A program made the position numbers and the translations under genes. DNA of 64,000 bases, from the NCBI RefSeq assembly GCF_964355755.1, contig NC_092677.1:24043175-24107174 (forward strand). The letters run 5' to 3'. How positions within the stretch are numbered: position 1 is the stretch's first letter; every line of letters starts with the position of its first letter. This DNA is from Antedon mediterranea (Eukaryota > Animalia > Echinodermata). Below, in pieces: positions 8,301 to 16,920 of the stretch. A model generated the notes under the pieces. That model was not told the DNA's origin and ran no database searches. It worked only from the letters and a program-made list of their open reading frames with translations.

Positions 8301-10936
8301 CCTGTGATATTCGTAATTTGAAGAGGAAGTCCAATCTCTCTAGCTCTGTTAATACTACAATTCTTACCAGTATTTTCACAATGAATACCTATTTCAATAC
8401 AAATGTTTTTCTTTTGATCTTCTGAGATCGGAATAAATTTAAAATTCTTGTCAGGTCTTTCTCCATACTGAACATTAACAATTTCAATATCACTATCACT
8501 TTGCCATCCATTACCTGATGAGACATGACCTTCTTTATTATGTTTTTGGCCTTTAACTTTAGAATCAATATTTTTGTCAGGTGATCTTTTACTGCATTTA
8601 TACTGGTAAGACGTACTAGGTTCATTAACATCGACATTTCCTCCTATGTTGTTTTGTTCAGAATTATCATCTAAGATGACAGAGGCGCAACATAAAACCA
8701 TAGACTTATTTTCAACATTTACACCAGTCAGTTCAAACTCAGTTTCATGTAAATTACAGTTCATTGACCTTGCTAATTTTATACAATAATCGTACACACC
8801 TTTCCAAGATGTACTGTATATTAAAATACTTTTTCCATGCTCACTAACACAACCAACACGATCTCTTGCATGTGGATCAAATATAAGGAAGCCATTTACA
8901 CGTTTGATAATAGAAAATGTGCTTCTATTGAAATTCATAAAAAATGCATCATGTTGGTGTAATTCTTGTTCAAGAGCTTGGTGTAATGATAAGGCTCCAT
9001 ATTCAGCCATCGATTCGAGATCCCCATCTATTGTGCCAAACACTGATTCTTTGGGAGATATTACAAAGGTGTTATCCAAAATATCCAATTCTTTCGGTAG
9101 TTCTGAAATCATCAAAAGGTCCTCATCCATAGTGGAATCTTTCTGAATGTAACAGTACAACTCGTTTCCAAGAGTCAATATTGTATCAAGGTCTTTGGTG
9201 TAAAATTCATTTCCATTCCTCTTTGTAGAATAAAGAATAGCTACAAGACTATTTGCAACACACTGTTTACCACCTGCAAAACCAAATTTATAATTCCCTT
9301 GATTGAAACTACCCTGTGCTACAGTTATGTTATTATCATTACTATTATATAGTTGTAATTCATTTATTGATTGTGTATTCTGCCTTATTGGTGTATTCTT
9401 TTGTTTTGGTCCCTCATCGATTATCAATTCTTCCGAAAAATTATTTTTTGTTAAAACTTCAATATCCACATCGATAGTATGTTGGTCACATTTAGGATTA
9501 GTATGGGACATAATTTTTTCAGTCACTGTTTTTTTAGATCCGTCATCAATTATCGATACTTCGTTTTCGTCAAATTCACAACTTGCACATGTTTGATTTT
9601 TATGATCTGTAACATTACTATCAAATCTATTAGTTCTGTTATTCATTTTGCTACTATTTTGTGCTTTCACATCGTCAGTCGCTGTGTTGTAATTTTCTTC
9701 AGTACATTTCATTTTAAAGTCGTCATCAGTTTTCATTTCTGAATTGTTATTTTTACCCATGTTCATTAAAATAATATCTTCGCCAATCTGTTCCATAGTA
9801 TCGCAATCATTCTTGTGGTGTTTTAAATTCAGGTCCATATTATCTTGTGATTCTTTGTTATCAATCTTCTTACTTTTGACAAAACGACCCTTGCTATTTC
9901 GTGAACGTTTCGAACCACCACCTGATTGTTGTTGTACTCCGTTTGTTACTTTTGTATTTTTCAAAACACAACACATAGGCTTACCATTCGTTTCGTCATT
10001 TTCCTTGTATTCTCTGCAAGTACTTTTATTCATGTTCCATTCTATTTTGTTGTTATTTCGTCTTTCATAGAAATCTTTTACACCTTTGCCAATATATTTT
10101 ACACCTGGTTCTATAATTATACCATTTATAACGCGCTTTCCCCTTTTCTTATTTCCTCTATTTTTACATCTTTTTTTTCTGTTGTCGGTTCTTTTCTTTG
10201 ATCTCACCCTTATCCAATCACTACCAAGTAAATCTTCACTTCCTGTTTGTTTACATTTTAATTTGGCATCATTACAACATTCTTCTTTATTTTTAGTTAA
10301 TTCTGGAAAGTCTGCAGTGATAGAGTCATCAGGTTCTAGAATCATATATCTATTGAAATGACAGTGAATACCTATTTCACCCAACATATTATCAGCAAAA
10401 TTACTATTCCCACACATCGAACAAATCCAAATTACTCTGGAATCACATACTTTGTCTTCAAAACTATTTCTTACACATGTCACATGAAAATGTTTACTGC
10501 AGCAGTCACATGTTATGTAAATGTCCTCTGCTTTCACTTCAATACTGCACAGATCACATTTATCAAACTCTGAAGTAAGGGCTGTACCATAAGATAATAT
10601 GTTCAGGATATCATTAACTACTTCTTTAAATTCAGTTGTATCTTTGATACATTCACAATAGGCATTACCTGTATCTTCACTTTCATTTTTTATAGTGTTT
10701 ACATCTTCCACATTCTTAGTTGAACAGCATTCATCAAGTAGGTCCAAGATGTCATCCATGACTGTTTTAAATTCTGTTGCTTTATCCATAATTCCACTAT
10801 CAACATTACCAGCTGTATTGACAATGTTGCACTCCTTACTTGTCACTTCTTTAGTCGCATACTTATATAAAAATATTATTAAGACAATCACTAACAACAA
10901 TAGACCATTAACTATTGTTATGAATTTTGTATCCAT
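1739..10936 (-). CDS. Helentron Rep/helicase polyprotein, 3065 aa (TM-like helix, PHD, C76/VTD protease, OTU, HUH Rep, PIF1 helicase, APE endonuclease)
   Basis: Uninterrupted 9.2-kb ORF. Rep motifs PTFFLSFS, YRIEFQMRGSPHVHMLVW and YVVQYLSK. Helicase motifs GGAGTGKS, APTGIAA, IIDEISMV, VGDFYQLPPV, RQFPLKLAYACTVHKVQG and GQAYVSLSRV. Endonuclease motifs NIQGL, LTETWL, IYRPP, GDFNE and IDHVY. Confidence 0.96.
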   Translation of the reverse strand: MDTKFITIVNGLLLLVIVLIIFLYKYATKEVTSKECNIVNTAGNVDSGIMDKATEFKTVMDDILDLLDECCSTKNVEDVNTIKNESEDTGNAYCECIKDTTEFKEVVNDILNILSYGTALTSEFDKCDLCSIEVKAEDIYITCDCCSKHFHVTCVRNSFEDKVCDSRVIWICSMCGNSNFADNMLGEIGIHCHFNRYMILEPDDSITADFPELTKNKEECCNDAKLKCKQTGSEDLLGSDWIRVRSKKRTDNRKKRCKNRGNKKRGKRVINGIIIEPGVKYIGKGVKDFYERRNNNKIEWNMNKSTCREYKENDETNGKPMCCVLKNTKVTNGVQQQSGGGSKRSRNSKGRFVKSKKIDNKESQDNMDLNLKHHKNDCDTMEQIGEDIILMNMGKNNNSEMKTDDDFKMKCTEENYNTATDDVKAQNSSKMNNRTNRFDSNVTDHKNQTCASCEFDENEVSIIDDGSKKTVTEKIMSHTNPKCDQHTIDVDIEVLTKNNFSEELIIDEGPKQKNTPIRQNTQSINELQLYNSNDNNITVAQGSFNQGNYKFGFAGGKQCVANSLVAILYSTKRNGNEFYTKDLDTILTLGNELYCYIQKDSTMDEDLLMISELPKELDILDNTFVISPKESVFGTIDGDLESMAEYGALSLHQALEQELHQHDAFFMNFNRSTFSIIKRVNGFLIFDPHARDRVGCVSEHGKSILIYSTSWKGVYDYCIKLARSMNCNLHETEFELTGVNVENKSMVLCCASVILDDNSEQNNIGGNVDVNEPSTSYQYKCSKRSPDKNIDSKVKGQKHNKEGHVSSGNGWQSDSDIEIVNVQYGERPDKNFKFIPISEDQKKNICIEIGIHCENTGKNCSINRAREIGLPLQITNITGDGNCFYRAISYIISGTEDNHLLLRKAITNHLLKTGDLFINTFSHEYTSVKEYVLRKRIMDNGTWASNTEISAMANLLHTDIYSFNDQLLTWQLFSAKKPGRIDDVTTDNGIYILYTMNVHFNVVESVDVQETSGQVNMDKTSQNKNSKTEAIFMKKNSTTKKRKQMRKETCDIFEDIEPKHKQSKTIEGLCFESEIKLLKGKKKQSYRNRKEKHKNQQRMKRQRESKDNSEKTNENRSKYESDYVYKEKKRKIKEAQKIRYADDDYKFQKRKENRERQYNMYRYEPDYSIKIRNKARHNYKINFDYRTIKKENKLNRYHNDIIFRYNTKTKNKSKFAEKYHTDPKFRQNFRQKFVLKYRNNSKIRENLKTKFIMKYRNNSKFRENLKTKFVMKYRNNSKFRENLKTKFVMKYRNNSKFRENLRQKLADKYRNNLKFRQNCKLRLSEKYRANLEFRQKCKKSCKLRFKEKYHRDPVFRKNVFRKSKKHREKRNIENSNFEFVLKNFRETISRGPEYVCCVCFKMLFKNQVMKCTKSKYENRTCINEKYLHICNNECNKPCQFIESPRCRLWICFTCHRKLLNGKVPAEANSNNLELHDIPPELECLNNLEQHLIGLNIPFMKLMNLPKGGQHGIHGPVVCVPSNTIETVKMLPRPEAVDQLISVKLKRKLSYKSYYKYKFVNTANVIQALEYLQDHNKWYFDVAINEEWHNYLSKENIESGNNNNGETHLENNEEEVEDRLSGAVFDTSLQPVDRRQNVVDEYFRDIICCAPCENNSPVALLKNESNEAKSFPVLFPTGQPTFHDIRDVKISFGRYFHNRLMHVDNRFAKNTEFIFYAQSLYELQQILSSISIALRKGSSKKDDFSKVTIADLKDVNKVEEILKSDKGYKFLKQIRGTPPYWQATQKDVMAMVRQIGKPTFFLSFSSADFRWKEIMTTLLSQAGDKRNIDELEWADKCNLLKSNPVTVARMFDKRFHTFLKNVILSEAQPIGKVVDYFYRIEFQMRGSPHVHMLVWVENAPVFCSDEDKEVINFVDKYISCSVPCQTVDPELNEIVTSVQIHSKRHSKSCKKKGTICRFNFPRQPSQKTFVMRPTVSESNDDTKQAKDLLTSVKEAVTNEEPYENAKELFKSLGITQSAFEKANNCIATEEKIVMKRNPQDAWVNQYNPSLLRAWNANMDIQYITNVYACITYVVQYLSKSEREMGLLLSHTASEVKEGNEDARQSLRKLGNVYMNNREVSAQESVYRVCGLRLKECSRKVEYIPVGPNPVRMSLPLSVIKTKADDNDCAWLPNKLDKYKARPNSFEFNKMCLATFCSNYRILSISEMKGKKKNVFKLKKQFGFIQKRTKTSNAIVRYPRFHMDRDPDKYYLSILQLFLPFRNDEQLKPPNFQTYEQFYEDGSVKLCGSRKLQRVKSIVQGNMKQYEKSADDVEDAKEFLAKFGPQEDAWSLLCPETEKERLDNPKPNVDIDDEENEFVIPDFELPKNHTSKVESNSSYISRPELNKMIRHLNEKQQHIFYKTRQWCFDKVNGKRPEPFYTFITGGAGTGKSHLVNCIFYEATRILGKIMENPDDLSILKLAPTGIAAYNIKGQTIHSALSIPINISLPYQPLGEEKISALRNQLSQLQIVIIDEISMVNQRLLWYIHGRLRQIKQVRNDSAFGNISIIAVGDFYQLPPVMGTSLYKDTLESSLWIDNFKLVQLDEIMRQKEDKEFALLLNKLRTKERNECLSDKDLLVLKSRQTGEECEDAVHIYPCNKQVDEWNKKMLHKRCTDIVCIEAEDVVVNSKRQNKKCDKPRKSRQSSLLNYLWIAVNARVMLIKNVDVKKGLTNGCMGHVEEIIKASQSTKLVSIKVKFDNNEIGIQAIEMFQESVGNKYSRKQFPLKLAYACTVHKVQGMTMDKVSVCLKNTFAPGQAYVSLSRVTSISGLIIEHFNPKLIYCDPNIQKCLNKMNSYVQYDKQSHNLDSNFSIMLHNIQGLKQHFVDLQCNDLFMNSSIICLTETWLNKDDDFFGVDIQPYKLYHQSRYDSYSNTNSLTSKLKKLAHGGVAVYSKNMFSSRLNICINDIEAISFLITSPVSVVVSVIYRPPSYDIKQFCQHLSKLLKEIHKVCTKCIIMGDFNENLFKQPSKVKTLMLENGYQQHVTSSTTENNTLIDHVYSKGLDSVQAEVIPIYYSYHEAIQIKF
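2500..3780 (-). other. PIF1-family SF1B helicase domain
   Basis: Walker A GGAGTGKS (~3647-3670), Walker B IIDE, and motifs III-VI present. Confidence 0.95.
4690..6770 (-). other. Helitron Rep region (Cys-rich N-part, HUH endonuclease, catalytic tyrosines)
   Basis: GPEYVCCVC...WICFTC, LKRKLSYK, SFPVLFPTG, RGTPPYW, HVH motif and YxxxY-SK. Confidence 0.9.
6880..7290 (-). repeat. 54-bp (18-aa) coding tandem repeat, KFVMKYRNNSKFRENLKT-like
   Basis: Near-identical 54-bp units at ~7040-7250, with degenerate in-frame copies on both sides. Confidence 0.92.
7925..8320 (-). other. OTU cysteine protease domain within the ORF
   Basis: GDGNCFYRAIS, GTWASNTEI and HFNVV motifs; catalytic Cys and His present. 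Confidence 0.9.
8715..9325 (-). other. Herpesvirus-tegument-like (peptidase C76 / VTD) cysteine protease domain within the ORF
   Basis: QGSFNQG...AGGKQCVANS (catalytic Cys), DLDTILTLGNELY and FLIFDPH (Asp-Pro-His), as in herpes UL36-type deubiquitinases. Confidence 0.85.
10412..10558 (-). other. PHD finger domain within the Helentron ORF
   Basis: C4HC3 pattern CDLC...CDCC...HVTC...WICSMC with the conserved Trp before the last Cys pair. Confidence 0.85.
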
Positions 10937-11381
10937 TATGCAAAAATTCCTTCAAAATACTGAACTCAAATTTCAAATTCAAAAACAATTTATATGTCTT
11001 CTACAATTTGAAAAATGTTACAATTAAGTTCCACTTGATATTTGATTTCACTCTTTTAATCAATTCAAACTTTAAAACAATATTGGCTACAGCAAAATAT
11101 TTGGTTATTAAAATTCTAAAAAAAAATATTCAAGTTAATATTATCTTTGGATTCTATGATTTAAATTTCACGTCAATTTTTGTTTCTCTTTATTGATATA
11201 TCTTTTGCTGGCTTCTTAGTTAGCCTCTACAAACTAATTATCGATCAAAGATATCTATGTAGAATTCTATTCTTTTGCAAATTATTCCTTTTGTTTTACA
11301 GCTATACCTATTACTTAATGCTTGTTAGTACAGTATTTTGTACTTGTTTCTACAAATAATTCTCTTTCAAGCTTCTGCTTG

Positions 11382-11716
11382 ATATTTTTTTTCAAGACTT
11401 CTGTCTATTTAAGCTTCTGCTTAATGTTTTGGTATAAATTCTATTTGAAATTCTCTTTTATAATTCTGTTTGTGATTGTGATTAACCCTCGTTGGCACTC
11501 TCTTCTGAGAGCAGAATCTCTTCTGAGATCCAGTGGGTTAATATTTTTTTTTCAAGACTTCTGTCTATTTAAGCTTCTGCTTAATATTTTTGTGTAAGTT
11601 CTATTTGAAATTCTGTTTGATAATTCTGTTTGTTATGCTAAACCCTCGTTGGCACTCTCTTATGAGAGCAGAATCTCTTCTGAGATTCGGATCTCTTCTG
11701 AGATCCAGTGGGTTAA
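11382..11716. repeat. Tandem duplication, ~160-bp period, upstream of the ORF
   Basis: TTCAAGACTTCTGTCTATTTAAGCTTCTGC at 11391 and 11551; AACCCTCGTTGGCACTCTCTT...GAGATCCAGTGGGTTAATA occurs twice. Confidence 0.9.
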
Positions 11717-11736
11717 TAATATTATCAGTCAGGTAC

Positions 11737-14238
11737 CTGCAATGAAATAAAGAAAAAGAAAAGTTCAGACATGAAATATTTGGACTACCAAAACAAATAA
11801 GGCCAACTCACCACCAAATATGTGAAGACGAGTATTATATCAATAGGGCTAATTAAAACAAATCTACATCTGATATTAAAATCTGAAAATGTTCAGAGTA
11901 TATTGGTCTAATTTAATTGTGCAATAGTATCATTATTTTTCAGAACACAGACAATATGGTCAGTATTCAGTATTGTATGTTATAAAGGGCAGAGACAAGA
12001 ACAAAAAGACAATTCACTCCCCTTTCATAGATAATCTACCAACACAATGAACTTATATAGATTGGCTATCGGGCGGACAGGAAAGTGATAAAAACAAGAA
12101 GTACACCATAAATATGGCCACCGCAAATATGTTTAATATATATCAAATAATAATATATCATAACAAATTCTGTTCATGCCGTATTACGTATATACAATCA
12201 ATGCTAGCGGTGGTAGTGCATGACTGCGTATAAAGCATGGCAGGTGTGTTCAATAGTCAATTACAGCCGCCATACTGTTGGGTCCCCTCTCCTCTCCATG
12301 AAGAATCACTTATTAACTGCAATGATTTTGGAGTCTACCCTCTAGCCAATCTACAGTAAACTCATTTACCAAAGACTCACATAAACAATGTATCAGAAAG
12401 GTGCAACCTATTATGTAGTCACTGTCTTCAACAGCTACAATCTACAAAATACAAACATACAAGAAAAATACATTTTTAATACAAATTTAACAGAAATATG
12501 CATCATATTATTGATAATTTTCAGTATTTACATACAACTATCTAATTACAATGATTTAATGGACAAAGAATTTCACCAACCAAGTATACGTTGAATAACA
12601 ATTATTTTAAGACATGCGGTCCCAATTCAACTACCATACGATTCTCGATCAATGTCTATTTCCTCACAATCTCATAGCATAGCTAAGAACAGAATGATTA
12701 GGGCAGGGAACATTTTCGCCAGTGTAGCGTAGCAAAAAGCTATACAAAACAACCTTATTGCTACACATTTTGAAAATTGTGTAGCAAAAAATACAATACA
12801 AAACTATGTTTATCGACTTAAAAATCAGTTTTATTAGCAATATTGCTAAACAAAATTTTTAAATGAAAATTTTCCCTGTAGGGCCTATATTTTTATTCCA
12901 TTTGGACCAAACAATTATTTAAAACAGTTCCTTTATCTAAATTATGTCAATCTTCTGTAATATAACTGGCTAAAAAAATATGATACTCCCTATCAGTTTA
13001 TAATCACTGTCAGAGAGATCCCGGTGCCATCAATGTCAAATAAATAAATAATTTATTTTCTTTACTTACAAAATTTAAGAGGTTATTAGCTTTAAAAAAC
13101 AGCAAAAACAATCTGGCAGATGTTCAGCACAGCTAATACTACAACAGGTAGAACCTAAAAACAAAACATATAAAGAGAAACTTCATGTAAAAATAGTACA
13201 GTAATTGATATCAAGAAGCGAAAATACTAGTTATATATAGTACTCAAATGCCCCTTTTCTTAATTTTTTTTTTGTAAGCTAGTCTAATATTTATACTGTA
13301 TATATAATTAAAACAAATTTAGTTCATTATTTAATACATTTCTAATAATATAAGCTAGGCCTAGGCTAGGAAAACCAGCATATAAAACTCCATAAACCTA
13401 CAGTACGGCCGAACTACCATAAACAGTGTTTTATTTTCTAACAATCGCGTATAAGTGTATAAGTCCTAATATATATAATACAGTCTAGGCTACTTACTAC
13501 GCTGATAATTATTTTAAGAAAAATTTTCCAAGACTACACAGTAAGACTAAAAGTGAACAAACTATTCATATAGGCTAGAAAGAGGACAATCCCCAATTTA
13601 GAAGTTACGATTTTGACATCTATTATAGAAGAAAAGGCCTACTACTACTAGTACTAGGCAAGGTAGTAGGGATAACGATGCAAAATTAAAAGTTGTTATT
13701 TTTTAACCAATTCAAACATTATCTGTTAGTATTTTGTGTCAATATTCTAATAAAGAAAGAATTACGAAAATCTGACTTGTAGTTTTCGAAATATAGGGTC
13801 TAAAACATCGCTGAAAAACATCGTTTTTAGCTACGAACGTTGACAATTGTATGAACACTAGAGGCCTAGCCTACGCCATTTTCGCCTAAAAATTAATAAT
13901 TACATAATTTAGCCTAAGCCTAGCCTAGGCTAATAACGTTTTATAGTAATTTATATTATATATCAACATTGGAAATATCAATAAAATATGTTATTAAATG
14001 TTTATAAAATATATAAAGTTGTTTATTTAACGGAATTCGTACAAATTCATTGCTCTAAATTTGTGTAATAACGATCAGTAGAGAGACACGCCATCCAGAG
14101 AAAACATTCCGCTGTGGCCGCCACCAATCACAAAAACTACAAACAAGCCTTCCGCCTGTGTAGCCCACATTCACATAGGCCTAGGGCCTAGCCTACGTAA
14201 ACAAAACTACAAATCAAATAATCCACATAATTTCTTAC
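11737..14238 (-). other. Candidate 5'-UTR intron of the Helentron transcript
   Basis: Minus-strand donor ATAG|GTAAGA at 14239/14238 and acceptor TTCTTTTTCTTTATTTCATTGCAG|G at 11737/11736. Pairing of these two sites is inferred. Confidence 0.5.
12704..12878. mobile_element. MITE with CAGGG termini and 5-bp TSD (hAT5-like), inserted in the Helentron
   Basis: TIRs CAGGGAACATTTTC / GAAAATTTTCCCTG, flanked by TAGGG on both sides. A truncated second copy lies at 49081-49200. Confidence 0.75.
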
Positions 14239-14613
14239 CTATTTCTTATAGTATTGAAATCTTAACAAACTTGAGTTTTGTTATTATTATTATTCGCCGA
14301 CGTTTGCGATTCGATATAGAATACAATTTGTAATATTTTCAGAGCGACTCTGTAAAATCAACATGGAGTCTATAGTTATCCACCACACATACGTCGTCAA
14401 CACTTTTTCTCCTGGCCTTTCCTCCTACATCTTCCGCTCGCTCAAATTTCACATACACAGTAATGTATGGCATGCAATCTTCGCCAAAAAGACTAATATG
14501 TAACGAAAAACGAAAATAGTTTCCACGTAGGCAGGTATCTCTACGTGTATATTGCACGTTGCATTTGCGCGGCGGATAACCCGAACTCGTCAAAGTGACG
14601 AGTTCAAATCTAG

Positions 14614-15765
14614 TATTTATTTCTTTCTTTACACACTTCTCTCCCATTTTTTGTTGGCAGCGTATCTCTAATTCTGGCCAACATATGATTGTATAACTTT
14701 GTCAAAAGATTGCCCTGTAGCTGTAGATGTGCAAGAAACTTTTTTTTTATGAATTTTGAGTCGCGCAGCGTAAGTTACGCGCGATTTTATATATTTCAAT
14801 GATTGATCATAGAATAAAAACTATATGTCATTTTGTATTGAAACTTGGTGAAAATTTAAGTCATATCATGCGCTAACTTTCTATGGAGAGAAAATGGCAT
14901 GTTTCAAAGAAAGTTACGCGCGCACGCGCGTTTAAAATTTCAAAATGCGAAAAATCAATTTCTAATCAACTTTCTACGCGTTTCATGTCATTTTGAGCAT
15001 TTCAAAAATTCCCACGCGTGCGCACTTTTCTTACGCGCACATGCGCACGTAGCGCAAAAACATCTTTTTTTTGCTTGATTTTTGTTTTTCCAGCCTTTTC
15101 TAGTAAATTTACCAATTTTCAATCAATTTCGACTTACAATCACGTCATACGAGCACGTAGAATTGAACAATTTGGCGAGTTTTTGATGAAAAAGTTAAAA
15201 AATTCGTGAAAATTATGCTTTTTTTTTAAAAGTCATAGATTATAAACTACGTGGTGAACTTTTTTTAAATTACACATTCTGAAAGTTGATGAGTTGTAGA
15301 TATTGAATCATGCATCGTTATAGCTAACAGGACATTGTGACGTCATCGTATGGCCACTCGAATATAAAATATAGGATTTTTTTCTCTTTCGTATAGCTCA
15401 TCACATTTAATAGAGCGCTTCTCCACTTATCCGTATTCCATTGCCCTCCATTTCTTTATATTGTCTAGGTCAATCAATTATCTTTCGCATGATTCACAAT
15501 TTTAGAAATTGTGATGACGTCATCATGTCCAAAAGCGTCAATAACTTTGGTCACTTATTTTCACCTATTCTGCACTGTACGTAGTACGTATACAGTATAT
15601 AGTGTATACCGTATACACTTTGACGTGACGCAAAATTGAGAACGCACTAACATTTTTTCAATGGCATAATCGTTTTTCTGCGCGCAATATTCTAACGTAT
15701 GACGTGCACGTGGCTTTTGCGCTGCGGATAACCTAACTCGTCCGTAGTGACGAGTTCAAATCTAG
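14614..15765 (+). mobile_element. Non-autonomous Helentron (HINE) unit, family A, lacking its 5' cap
   Basis: Starts in a T-rich microsatellite; ends GCGGATAACC-T-AACTCGTC(CGTAGT)GACGAGTT-CAAATCTAG. Confidence 0.9.
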
Positions 15766-16920
15766 TATTTATTTCTTTCTTTACACACTTCTCTCCCATT
15801 TTTTGTGGGCAGCGTATCTCTAATTCTAGCCAACAGAAGATTGTATAACTTTGTCAAAAGATTGCCCTATATCTGTAGATGTGCAAGAAACTTTTTTTTT
15901 TCAAATTTCGAGTCGCGCAGCGTAAGTTACTCGTGATTTTATGAATTTCAATTATTGATCATAGATTAAAAACTAAAATTCATTTTGTATTGAAACTTGG
16001 TGAAAATTTAAGTCATATAATGCGCAAACTTTCTATGGAATAAAAATGGCATGTTTTACAAAAAGTTACGTGCGCATGCGCGTTTAAAATTTCAAAATGC
16101 GAAAAATCAATATCTAATCAACTTTCTACGCGTTTCATGTCATTTTAAGCATTTCAAAAATTCCCACGCGTGCGCAATTTTTTTACGCGCACGTGCGCAC
16201 GTAGCGCAAAAACATCATTTTTTTGCTTGATTTTTGTTTTTCATGTCTTTTTTAGAAAATTTACCAACTTTCAAACAATTTCGACTAAAAATCACGTCAT
16301 ACGAGCACGTAGAATTAAACAATTTACGCGCATTTTTGATGAAAAAGTTCAAAAATTAGTCAAAATTATGCCTTTATTTAAACAGTCATAAATTCTAAAC
16401 TACGTGGTGAACTTTTTTATAATTACATATTCTGGTAGTAGATGAGTTGCAGATATCAAATCGTGCATCAATATGGCTAACCGGACAATGTGACGTCATC
16501 ATATGGCCACTCGAATATAAATTATAGGATTTTTTTCTCTTTCCTCGTAGCTCGTCACATTTAATATAGCGCATCTCCACTTATTTGTATTCCATTTCCC
16601 CCCATTTTTTTTATGTTGTCTAGGTCTATCAATTATCTTTCGCACGATTCACCATTTTAAAAATTGTGATGACGTCATCATGTTCAAAAGCGTCAATAAC
16701 TTTGGTCACTTATTTTCACCTATTCTGCACTGTATGTAGTACGTATACAGTATATAGTGTATACCGTATATACTCAGACGTGACAAAAAATAAAGAGCAC
16801 GCTGAAATTGTTTCAATTACTTAATCGTTTTTCTGCGCGCAATGTTTAAACGTATGACGTGCACGTGGCCTTTGCGCTGCGGATAACCTAACTCGTCCGT
16901 AGTGACGAGTTCAAATCTAG
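15766..16920 (+). mobile_element. HINE unit, family A, lacking 5' cap (diverged copy of 14614-15765)
   Basis: Same start TATTTATTTCTTTCTTTACACAC and same terminal subTIR/hairpin/CTAG. Confidence 0.9.

Larger units (their letters stand above)
1..14613 (-). mobile_element. Autonomous Helentron/Helitron2 rolling-circle transposon (left terminus lies upstream of the window; strand given is that of the ORF)
   Basis: Contains the Rep-helicase-endonuclease ORF. Right terminus on + strand is subTIR GCGGATAACC (14572-14581), hairpin GAACTCGTCA-AAG-TGACGAGTTC (14583-14605), then AAATCTAG|T. Bases 1-~690 are homologous to the bodies of the downstream non-autonomous units (e.g. TGACGTCATCATATRGCCA, GGTCCCGTAA, TATGCTRCACT blocks). 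Confidence 0.9.

Noticed and set aside
1739-10936. Viral origin (herpesvirus or giant virus) suggested by the tegument protease
   Set aside because: No capsid, polymerase or packaging genes; the domain order and termini are those of a Helentron.
3223-11196. Many short + strand ORFs overlapping the large ORF
   Set aside because: Antisense shadows of an A-rich coding strand; no recognisable motifs.
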